A stretch of 21,904 nt of DNA from Methanomicrobiales archaeon (GTDB lineage: Archaea; Halobacteriota; Methanomicrobia; Methanomicrobiales; Methanospirillaceae), in NCBI GenBank assembly GCA_037137755.1, contig JBAXJR010000038.1:1-21904 (forward strand), read 5' to 3'. Of this stretch, positions 1 to 7,390 are shown one piece after another; the stretch's first letter is position 1, and each line of letters starts with the position of its first letter. The position numbers and the translations under genes are program-made. The notes beneath the pieces are model-generated. The model searched no databases. It had not been told where the DNA came from and saw only the letters and a list, made by a program, of their open reading frames with translations.

Positions 1-320
1 TAGACCACAACAAGTTTGTAATGCTGGAGAAGCGGCACCAGTACATCAAGGTCCTGGTCAGGATAGACTGTTGTAAAATCTTCTTCCATCGAGTTTGCTA
101 CATGAATTGAGGAGGGAGAAAGTCCGGAGTTCTTCTTGCTGCCGAGGGTCTCCGCGATAGTCCTTCTTGAAATGGTCCCGACCACTGAACCGTTATTTAC
201 CACAATGAGTGGGTCAACCGCCTCAGTGAGCATTTTGTCAAGTGCCTCGGTGATGGCTGCAGATTTTGCAATCGTCACGGGTTTTGACATGATATCCCTG
301 ATAAGTAATTCTTCGCTCAT
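1..320 (-). CDS. CBS-domain protein, 3' end runs off the left edge (partial; not in the ORF track)
   Basis: ATG at 320 overlaps the stop of the upstream CBS gene (ATGA, 317-320). Manual translation is open to the edge: MSEELLIRDIMSKPVTIAKSAAITEALDKMLTEAVDPLIVVNNGSVVGTISRRTI..., with CBS hallmarks (IRDIMS.P; VVGTISRR). Confidence 0.9.
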   Translation of the reverse strand, partial: MSEELLIRDIMSKPVTIAKSAAITEALDKMLTEAVDPLIVVNNGSVVGTISRRTIAETLGSKKNSGLSPSSIHVANSMEEDFTTVYPDQDLDVLVPLLQHYKLVVV

Positions 321-1159
321 TTTGCCACTTCCTTTATGATATCATCTCTTTTAAGGATTCCTTTGATTTCGTCTGCTTCGACCACAACGAGACTGCTTAC
401 ATGCTTCTCACGCATGACAAGGACCGCCTCGCTGACCCGGTCTTCCGGGCTTATGGTGACCACGGGCCCGGTCATCACATCTTCAGCCACCGCCGATACA
501 GAAATGACATCCCGGTAATATTTTCTCCCTGCGGACTCCTCCTTCCTGAGCCGTACAATATCTTTTTCCGGCACATCACCACTCTTGTCGTCTGTGCACT
601 TGTAAAAAGCCAGGTTGCTTTCAGTAATGATCCCTGCGAGCGTTCCATCATTATTGACGACGACGAGTTTATCATCCCGTTCGATCATCAGGTTCACAAT
701 ATGGTCAAGAGAGTGATACCTGCTGACGGTAACTGCGTCTTCCATCAGGTCACCTACCCCGAGCGGCAGGCTACCAAAGTATACAGACCTGAAAAGGTCT
801 GATTTTGTCACAATTCCCGCAATTTTACGGTCTTTAATAACCGGGAGACCACTAATATCATGGGTAACCATCAGGCTGGCCATACCCTTCACCGGTTCAT
901 CGGATTTAACCGAACAGGGCCCGGGTGTCATCAGCAGTTCCACCGGCACAAGGTCAATTGCTCTCCTCCTCCATACGGGCTCGGTGTGGCGCAACCTGTA
1001 CCCGATATCTTTCTTGGTAATGATACCAATAAGACCCTGTTCCTGCACAACCGGCAGGCGGGATATTTTGTGTTTCAGCATCAGGTTTCTCGCATGCGCA
1101 ATGTTTTCTGACGGGCCGACCACATATACCGGGCTTGTCATAATGTCTGATGCTATCAT
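317..1159 (-). CDS. Stand-alone CBS-domain protein (4 CBS repeats), 280 aa
   Basis: Repeated CBS signatures: DIMTSPV, ISRLPVV...IGIITKKD, ISGLPVI...AGIVTKSD, AGIITESN, KGILKRDD. ATGA overlap with the upstream gene at 1156-1159. Confidence 0.93.
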   Translation of the reverse strand: MIASDIMTSPVYVVGPSENIAHARNLMLKHKISRLPVVQEQGLIGIITKKDIGYRLRHTEPVWRRRAIDLVPVELLMTPGPCSVKSDEPVKGMASLMVTHDISGLPVIKDRKIAGIVTKSDLFRSVYFGSLPLGVGDLMEDAVTVSRYHSLDHIVNLMIERDDKLVVVNNDGTLAGIITESNLAFYKCTDDKSGDVPEKDIVRLRKEESAGRKYYRDVISVSAVAEDVMTGPVVTISPEDRVSEAVLVMREKHVSSLVVVEADEIKGILKRDDIIKEVAK

Positions 1160-2103
1160 TTCGAAGCCCCCCGGGCAAATGCTTTCACAAGGTCAAATTC
1201 GGTTACGAGACCAATCAGTTTTGCGTCTTCGATTACCGGCAGCGCCCCGACATGCCGCTCAAACATTTCACGGGCCGCGTCATTTACGTTCCTTTCCGGG
1301 ACCGTAGTGAAGAGCTTACCGGAAATGAGGTCCCGTACCGGCAACGACATCACTTCTTTCACATCTCCGGTCTTCATGCTGGAAAAGACCTTTTTTTCAC
1401 CAAGATACCGTACAATATCGGTCGTGGTGATGATCCCGTACAGCACATCATCAGTTACCACCGGAAGTCGCCTGTACCGGTGCCGGGTCATATCCCTGGT
1501 CACAGCCCCGATCAGGGCATCTGGCGAGATAACCCGTAACGACGTGCTCATAATATCCTCCACACAAAGGTCTGATATCTCATGAGCGAGGGTCTTCATG
1601 ACATCGCGTTCTGTTACGATCCCTTCCATTGTATCATCCTGACCGACTATCGGTATTCCCCCGACCATCCTGCTGATGATAATGTCGACTGCATGAGCAA
1701 TCGTTGACGACGCGGGAAGCGTCGTCATCTTCGGGGTCATGATTGTATGGACGCTCTCGTTAATTGCGGCAAGCAGGTTCCCGTCATGCTTGACCTTGAC
1801 CAAGTTATACTTGTCCCCACCTCCGAGAAAGTTAATAATATCACCAGATGTGACAATCCCACGGAGTTTCCTGCTCCCCGCATCAATTACGGGTAGTCGC
1901 CGGAACCCACACCGCGTCATTGTTTCAACTGCTCCGATGATGCTCATACTCGGCTGGACTGATACGACATCCCTTGTTGCGATCGCCATTATTTCCCCTT
2001 CGTGCGAGGCAAGGTGGGACTTAAACTCTACCGGTCCCCGGTCAAGATTCCCGGGCGTTCTGACAGATTTACCCGCCGGTTTTATCGAACGATCCTGATT
2101 CAT
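1156..2103 (-). CDS. Stand-alone CBS-domain protein (4 CBS repeats) with ~37-aa N-terminal extension, 315 aa
   Basis: FRRLPVID...RGIVTSGD, GGIPIV...EGIVTERD, YRRLPVV...YGIITTTD, VGALPVI...IGLVTEFD. Confidence 0.93.
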   Translation of the reverse strand: MNQDRSIKPAGKSVRTPGNLDRGPVEFKSHLASHEGEIMAIATRDVVSVQPSMSIIGAVETMTRCGFRRLPVIDAGSRKLRGIVTSGDIINFLGGGDKYNLVKVKHDGNLLAAINESVHTIMTPKMTTLPASSTIAHAVDIIISRMVGGIPIVGQDDTMEGIVTERDVMKTLAHEISDLCVEDIMSTSLRVISPDALIGAVTRDMTRHRYRRLPVVTDDVLYGIITTTDIVRYLGEKKVFSSMKTGDVKEVMSLPVRDLISGKLFTTVPERNVNDAAREMFERHVGALPVIEDAKLIGLVTEFDLVKAFARGASK

Positions 2104-2177
2104 AGTTTCACTACCCTAATCCTTTATTGACGGCTAATTCCCTGGTTATTAGTTCAATCTGGAATTCGCGGGGCCGT

Positions 2178-2933
2178 TTATGCCAGCACCAGCGCCTTCA
2201 TGACATCATGCCGGTCAAGTATCCCCACTACATGGGTTGAATCAAGGACCGGGACGCGGCTTATATCAAACCGTACCATCAGTGCAGCCGCTGACTGAAC
2301 AGGTTCTTCAGGTGAGACAGAAATAACCGATTTTGTCATAATGGTCTCGATCGGTGTTGATGCATTATTTTCGAGTACGGTACGGACCCGCCCTGCCTTT
2401 AAGAGGTCCCTTCTTGAGATTATCCCGAGACACTTATTCTTTTTAATCACGGGAAATGCGGAGAGCCCGCTTTCTATAATGAGGTTATAGACTTTCTGAA
2501 CCGGATCCTCCGGAGCACAGGAAATTACTTTCTTCGTCATGTAATCCCCTGCTAACCCCCGGAGTTCATGCCGTGTAATGATAATCGGAAACAGGTCCGA
2601 GATAATTACGCCCCCGATAATCACCCGGTTCTCATCAGTCACTGCCGCACTGTCAGTCCTGAATTCTCTGATTATCCGCACTGCATGTTCAATGGGCGTT
2701 TGTTCCAAAACGGCTGCAGGTTCTTTCATAAACCCCTCAACCGTCACGTTTGATTTCGTTGCCCTGATTTGCAGCACGTCAGAAATATCAATATATCCCA
2801 GGAGTTTTTTTTTCCCGTCATGGATGTAAATCTCACGAAAGGAATCGTCCCTGAGGATCTGGCGGGCCTTTGTCACCGTATCGTCCTGTCTGAGAAGAGG
2901 TACATCGACCATGAAGTCTGAAACCATTTTCAT
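2178..2933 (-). CDS. Stand-alone CBS-domain protein (4 CBS repeats), 251 aa
   Basis: VSDFM, LGYIDISD, DYMTKKV, SAFPVI...LGIISRRD, ISRVPVL...VGILDRHD. Start overlaps the upstream stop (TAATG at 2935-2931). Confidence 0.92.
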   Translation of the reverse strand: MKMVSDFMVDVPLLRQDDTVTKARQILRDDSFREIYIHDGKKKLLGYIDISDVLQIRATKSNVTVEGFMKEPAAVLEQTPIEHAVRIIREFRTDSAAVTDENRVIIGGVIISDLFPIIITRHELRGLAGDYMTKKVISCAPEDPVQKVYNLIIESGLSAFPVIKKNKCLGIISRRDLLKAGRVRTVLENNASTPIETIMTKSVISVSPEEPVQSAAALMVRFDISRVPVLDSTHVVGILDRHDVMKALVLA

Positions 2934-3496
2934 TAAAGGAATTCCTCCTCCCTGCAGGATGAACAGAGCATGACATTGTCGATGCGCTTTAAGTCATCTG
3001 ACATCTGGCCACAGCGGTTACACATCCCCATTTCAATTTCTTCTATCCGGTTCACCTCAATCAGGTCCGCCATCAGCTCGTTAATCTCGGTAGATACCGT
3101 AAGAAGATCCCGCACCGTCACGATACCGATTACCGAATTGTCTTCGTCGACGACGGGTAACCTCCTTACACGGTGCTTGATCATCATATGGGCCGCATCC
3201 CCGACAGTCTTGCCTTCCGATACCGTGATCAGCGGTGTGCTCATAATCTCGCCGACCTTTACCGTACCGGGTCTCTTGTCCTTCGCCACGACCTTGCAGT
3301 TAATATCCTCCTCGGTGACTATGCCAATCGGCAGGTTATTTTTGAGAACAATGCAACTGCCCACTTCGTCCCTGCACATTGAGGCTGCAGCTTCCGCCAC
3401 AGTCGCTTCGTACCCGATAGTTGTCGGATTGCTCTGCATGATCTCGTTTAACGGGATACGGGTCTCGAAATGGATCTGGTCTTTTTCATTATTCAA
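2933..3496 (-). CDS. CBS-pair protein with C-terminal Zn-ribbon-like CxxC-x15-CxxC domain, 187 aa (TTG start)
   Basis: Two CBS motifs (IGIVTEED; VRRLPVVD...IGIVTVRD), then CNRC...CSSC. A perfect SD, GGAGGTGA (3508-3501, minus strand), supports the TTG start. Confidence 0.9.
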   Translation of the reverse strand: MNNEKDQIHFETRIPLNEIMQSNPTTIGYEATVAEAAASMCRDEVGSCIVLKNNLPIGIVTEEDINCKVVAKDKRPGTVKVGEIMSTPLITVSEGKTVGDAAHMMIKHRVRRLPVVDEDNSVIGIVTVRDLLTVSTEINELMADLIEVNRIEEIEMGMCNRCGQMSDDLKRIDNVMLCSSCREEEFL

Positions 3497-3711
3497 GAGT
3501 TCACCTCCATATGATGCTACAGTTTACCATTACTGCAAGACTCCGATATAAAGAAATTGGTGTATATATACTTCCCTGAAGGGATTCACGGGTTTTGCAA
3601 TCCAATAATAAAAATAAAAATGGGAGTATTGCATATGATAATATGCAGCGCCACTGATCTCTTCATAAGGATTATTGTGATGACAGAACTGGCAGCATCA
3701 GAGCGAGGTGT
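3497..3711. promoter_or_regulatory. Divergent promoter region between the CBS operon and oapABC, with a 7-4-7 palindrome
   Basis: AT-rich. TATA-like TTTATA (minus, ~3552-3547) and TATATATA (3563-3570). Inverted repeat TGCATAT-gata-ATATGCA (3630-3647). SD GAGGTG at 3705-3710. Confidence 0.55.
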
Positions 3712-3714
3712 TTG

Positions 3715-4356
3715 ATGGATATTTTTGTCCAGACAAGAAATAGTTTTTCAAGGTTTCTTTCCGCGTTTTTTAAGAAAAAGCGCTCAAGAATTGGGATTTA
3801 TGGCCCGCCCAATGCAGGGAAGACTACCCTTGCGAACCGGATAGCCCGTGACTGGGCAGGGGATGCGGTTGGGACGGTAAGTGAAATTCCGCATGAAACC
3901 CGTAGGGCCCTCCGGAAACAGGATATCTGTATCTCGGGTTCAAACGGGCATTCGATAACAATAGATATCGTCGATACACCCGGGGTAACTACCAAGATAG
4001 ATTACAAGGAATTTCTCGAGTATGGCCTTGACAAGGATGAGGCAATCACACGGGCCAGGGAAGCAACGGAGGGTGTCGCCGAAGCGATGCACTGGCTCAG
4101 GGAGGATATTGACGGGGTGGTCTACATGCTGGACAGTACTTCTGACCCGTTCCAGCAGGTCAACATCATGATGATCGGTATCATTGAAAGCAGGAAACTT
4201 CCCGTCATTATTGCCGCCAATAAAATCGACCTTCCGGATGCGGCCCCGCAGAAGATCAGGAGCGCTTTTCCCCAGCACCCGGTTGTGCCGATTTCCTGCC
4301 TCGAGGGTAAGAATATTGAAGAGCTCTATGAACAGATGGTGCATTCCTTCAGGTGA
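3715..4356 (+). CDS. oapA: Small Era-like GTPase OapA (also called ArvA)
   Basis: G1 GPPNAGKT, G2 region PHETR, G3 DTPG, G4 NKID, G5-like SCLEG. Followed by DUF2073-like and Zn-ribbon genes as in the known oapABC order. Start is ATG 3715 or TTG 3712. Confidence 0.85.
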   Translation: MDIFVQTRNSFSRFLSAFFKKKRSRIGIYGPPNAGKTTLANRIARDWAGDAVGTVSEIPHETRRALRKQDICISGSNGHSITIDIVDTPGVTTKIDYKEFLEYGLDKDEAITRAREATEGVAEAMHWLREDIDGVVYMLDSTSDPFQQVNIMMIGIIESRKLPVIIAANKIDLPDAAPQKIRSAFPQHPVVPISCLEGKNIEELYEQMVHSFR

Positions 4357-4363
4357 TAAAAAG

Positions 4364-4726
4364 ATGTTACAGGGGGTTCAGATAGACCTGATATCGCAGG
4401 AACGTCTTGAAAATATGACCTCGATGGAGAAAATCCACCTGATCCTTGACAAAGTCAGGCAGGGGACAATCGTGATTCTGGAAAAGGGGCTTGAACCTGA
4501 TGAACAGAGCAAGCTCATCGAGATGACCATGAAAGAGATCCTTCCTGATGATTTCAATGGGATTGAGATGGAAACCTACCCGTCACGGGAAGAGGGGTCA
4601 TTCCTCTCAAGGCTTATCGGCAAGCACACATCCGCAACAAGACTAACCGTGATAGGGCCTGCAAACCAGTTGAAAATGATCAAAAAAGATAAAGACCAGA
4701 TTAGCGCCTGGATATCAACAAGGTGA
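4364..4726 (+). CDS. oapB: OapB/ArvB (DUF2073 family), 120 aa
   Basis: True start most likely ATG 4364 (MLQGVQIDLIS...) after SD AGGTGA at 4351-4356, not the 4184 start in the ORF track. Family-typical segments SMEKIHLILDKV, LEKGLEPDEQSKLIEMTM, GIEMETYP, LTVIGPANQL. Confidence 0.85.
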   Translation: MLQGVQIDLISQERLENMTSMEKIHLILDKVRQGTIVILEKGLEPDEQSKLIEMTMKEILPDDFNGIEMETYPSREEGSFLSRLIGKHTSATRLTVIGPANQLKMIKKDKDQISAWISTR

Positions 4727-4733
4727 ATGGTAC

Positions 4734-5129
4734 ATGCCCCACAAGTGTGTGCAGTGCGGGAGAGACTACAAGGATGCATCCCCCGTTATCCTGCGGGGGT
4801 GTGAGAGTTGTGGGGGCAGAAAATTCCTCTACGTCGGGGAAAATGACAGGAACCGTGACGTCCTGCTTGAGAAGTCCACCGAGGCCCTCGCAAAAGAAGC
4901 CCCCGACCAGGTACTGGTAGTAAGCAGTGACCCGGATGAGAAAAAGGGGAGCCATGACAGGGTCGAAAGTATCAGGATTATCGCTCCCGGTACCTATGAG
5001 CTGAATATTGAAAAACTAGCTAACTCTGATGAACGCGTCGTAGGTATCGGGACGGAAGGGAATTACCTGCTGGACCTCCACTCCATGATAAAACCCGGAA
5101 AAGATAAAAAGAGCCGCAAGAAGTCTTAA
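4734..5129 (+). CDS. oapC: OapC/ArvC Zn-ribbon protein (DUF2072-like), 131 aa
   Basis: MPHKCVQCG...ILRGCESCGGRKFLY N-terminus; C-terminal ESIRIIAPGTYELNIEKL; SD AGGTGA at 4721-4726. Confidence 0.85.
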   Translation: MPHKCVQCGRDYKDASPVILRGCESCGGRKFLYVGENDRNRDVLLEKSTEALAKEAPDQVLVVSSDPDEKKGSHDRVESIRIIAPGTYELNIEKLANSDERVVGIGTEGNYLLDLHSMIKPGKDKKSRKKS

Positions 5130-5136
5130 TTTTTTT
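5130..5136 (+). terminator. Oligo-T (T7) archaeal terminator candidate for oapABC
   Basis: Seven T residues immediately after the oapC stop codon. Confidence 0.5.
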
Positions 5137-5166
5137 AAATTTCTAACAGGAAAACGTTATTGCTTT

Positions 5167-5220
5167 TTGTCACACCTCTGCCTGCACAACATATCTGGCA
5201 GAGGGGTGACAATTTTTTTT
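5167..5220 (+). repeat. 16-bp inverted repeat (15/16 paired, 14-nt loop) followed by T8; terminator-like hairpin or small RNA
   Basis: TTGTCACACCTCTGCC (5167-5182) pairs with GGCAGAGGGGTGACAA (5197-5212) except A5174/G5205; TTTTTTTT at 5213-5220. Confidence 0.75.
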
Positions 5221-5275
5221 AAACTGACCATAGGTCCCTAACCCTGATGAGTGAAACGAAAATAGGTCACAGTTT
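5221..5275 (+). ncRNA. Candidate type III hammerhead-ribozyme-like RNA (non-canonical)
   Basis: UA at 5231-5232; stem I GGU/ACC (5233-35/5241-43); CUGAUGA 5244-5250; stem II GU/AC with GAA loop; GAAA 5258-5261; closing helix UGACC/GGUCA (5225-29/5265-69). Stem III needs an extra A and a bulge, and stems I and II are very short. Confidence 0.3.
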
Positions 5276-5288
5276 GTATCTGCCTACT

Positions 5289-5296
5289 AAAAAAAA
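5289..5296 (-). terminator. Oligo-T (T8 on minus strand) terminator candidate for SUI1
   Basis: A8 run on the plus strand about 70 nt downstream of the SUI1 stop. Confidence 0.4.
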
Positions 5297-5367
5297 GAAA
5301 TTTCAAACGGTAATACAGCCCGGTAATTAGATTTACAACCAGTTCATGCCTGAAAAATAATCCCGGG

Positions 5368-5673
5368 TTAGTTTATATTGTCAACACTGTATCCCTTATC
5401 GGCAAGCAGCTCTTTAACACGCTCGCGATGATTTCCCTGCAGTTCAATTGAATTCCCTTTCACCGTGCCACCGCAGGCAAGCTTTCCTTTCATATACTTC
5501 GAGAGGTCTTCAAGGTCAATATCAGTCGGGTCCAGTCCTTCGATAACGGTAACTTCTTTACCGTACCGTCGTTTATTGACCTTGACATTAATCCTCTGCT
5601 GCTCCTTTGCTACCTCCTCACAAATACATAATTCTTTAGGTAGTCCACAGGTTGGACAAATCCCACCGTTCAT
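5368..5673 (-). CDS. sui1: Translation initiation factor SUI1/aIF1 (YciH family), 101 aa
   Basis: [28 protein letters not shown]...[12 protein letters not shown]...KLACGGTVK...IELQGNHR is the typical archaeal SUI1 pattern. Start is ATG 5673; the longer 167-aa ORF extension looks non-coding. Confidence 0.95.
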   Translation of the reverse strand: MNGGICPTCGLPKELCICEEVAKEQQRINVKVNKRRYGKEVTVIEGLDPTDIDLEDLSKYMKGKLACGGTVKGNSIELQGNHRERVKELLADKGYSVDNIN

Positions 5674-5883
5674 TACCTGTACCTTTAAAGTTACGTTATT
5701 TATTTGTTGGCATGAAAAATGAAGTAATAGAGGGGATATTTTTAACCATGAGTGGTAAATGCAGGCTATACTCTTATAATTAATCAGATCCGCACCCGGA
5801 ATTGCTTTCGTTCCCCACAACATGAAGGACCGTGAAGAAACGTAATCGTATTTAAAATTCCAGGCATGCAATGTACAGTACTA

Positions 5884-7353
5884 ATGTCTGTTATGGTCCT
5901 GGGTACTGCATCACACGTAGGTAAAAGTACAATAGTCGCAGCCCTGTGCAGGTCCCTGGTAAACCGCGGGTACCGGCTATCACCATTCAAATCGCAGAAT
6001 ATGAGTCTGAACTCATTTGTCACACAGGATGGCTGCGAGATTGGTATTGCCCAGGCGATGCAGGCTATTGCTGCGAAACTGGAACCTGAGGCGGATATGA
6101 ACCCGGTCCTCTTAAAACCAAAAGGTGGAACGGTGTCACAGGTGGTCCTGCTTGGTCATCCCTACAAAGATGTTGCAATCTCCGCGTATTACCAGGAGAC
6201 TGACTACCTCCTCGGAATTGCCGTCGAATCGGCGGAAAGACTCGTGGCTGAATATGGTCATATTGTTGTAGAAGGGGCAGGCGGGGCTGCCGAAGTAAAT
6301 CTCTATTCACGGGATATAGCGAATATCAGACTTGCCAAAACCCTGAAGATGCCCATCATTCTTGTTGCGGATATTGAGCGGGGGGGCGTCTTTGCATCAA
6401 TATACGGTACCCTGCAACTCCTACCCCCTGAAGTCCGGGACCTTGTCAGGGGTATTATTATCAATAAATTCAGGGGGGACCCCGAAATTTTCTCCCCCGG
6501 TATCAGTATTATCGAAGACCTGACAGGTGTACCGGTCCTGGGGATAGTCCCCTATTGTAATATCCCGCTCCCGAGTGAGGATTCGCTTTCACTGGGGGAC
6601 AAAAAGGAAGGCCTTCATCCGGTCCGGATTGCGATAATTCGTCTCCCGCATATCTCAAATTTTACTGATTTCGAACTCCTTGAACAACACGCTGCAGTGA
6701 ATTATGTTACCCCGGGAGAACCGCTCGAAGGATATGATTGTATCATCATACCAGGGACGAAGAATACCATCGAAGATTTGAAGGAGTTGCAACGGTGTGG
6801 CGTTGCAGGCAAAATTACCATGGCACGAAAAGCAGGGATACCGATAATAGGTATATGCGGCGGATACCAGATGCTGGGACGTGAGTTGCACGATTCAGGG
6901 GTAGAGGCCTGTGAAGGGATATACCCGGGACTGGGACTCCTTAACGGAGTAACGAGGTTCATCAGCTATGAAAAAAATACCACGCAGGTATGGCATCATG
7001 CCAACCCGGTACCACCTATCTTGTCGGGAATCGGGGAGGTAAACGGGTACGAGATCCATATGGGTATAACCGACAAGGGAGAGGACCAGGAGGCATTCGA
7101 TAACGAGGGTGCCGTCTCAGCAGATGGTCTTGTCATAGGGACATACATGCATGGGCTTCTGTCCAATCCTCCCGTTATCAATGCACTCCTCTCCTATCTA
7201 TATGAAAAGAGAGGAGAACCATTTATTCAACTGGAAGAGAAGGCACCTGCCGACCCTTATGACCAGCTTGCCCTGCATTTCGAGGGGCATGTGGATATGA
7301 AAAAAATAATCGAAATCTTTACTGAAACGAAAAATTTGCCAGCGGGGGAATAA
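5884..7353 (+). CDS. cobQ: Cobyric acid synthase CobQ/CbiP
   Basis: [10 protein letters not shown]-loop, [48 protein letters not shown], glutaminase [26 protein letters not shown] 5884 is preferred over 5866; TATA-like TTTAAAA at 5851. Confidence 0.96.
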   Translation: MSVMVLGTASHVGKSTIVAALCRSLVNRGYRLSPFKSQNMSLNSFVTQDGCEIGIAQAMQAIAAKLEPEADMNPVLLKPKGGTVSQVVLLGHPYKDVAISAYYQETDYLLGIAVESAERLVAEYGHIVVEGAGGAAEVNLYSRDIANIRLAKTLKMPIILVADIERGGVFASIYGTLQLLPPEVRDLVRGIIINKFRGDPEIFSPGISIIEDLTGVPVLGIVPYCNIPLPSEDSLSLGDKKEGLHPVRIAIIRLPHISNFTDFELLEQHAAVNYVTPGEPLEGYDCIIIPGTKNTIEDLKELQRCGVAGKITMARKAGIPIIGICGGYQMLGRELHDSGVEACEGIYPGLGLLNGVTRFISYEKNTTQVWHHANPVPPILSGIGEVNGYEIHMGITDKGEDQEAFDNEGAVSADGLVIGTYMHGLLSNPPVINALLSYLYEKRGEPFIQLEEKAPADPYDQLALHFEGHVDMKKIIEIFTETKNLPAGE

Positions 7354-7390
7354 AAATTATGCATGAATTTGAGTGGTCGCTTCTGGTTTT

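Noticed and set aside
4184-4363. N-terminal extension of OapB in the ORF track (180 aa)
   Set aside because: Overlaps oapA out of frame; the SD and family-like sequence begin at ATG 4364.
3497-5367. Replication origin next to oapABC (ORB-like fragments such as GTGAAACGAAAATAGG and CAGAGGGGTG)
   Set aside because: No orc1/cdc6 gene in the window and no repeated TTCCAnTGGAAA-type ORB boxes; the resemblances are partial and single.
5674-5871. 66-aa N-terminal extension of SUI1
   Set aside because: AT-rich, promoter-like sequence with atypical composition; SUI1 homology starts at ATG 5673.
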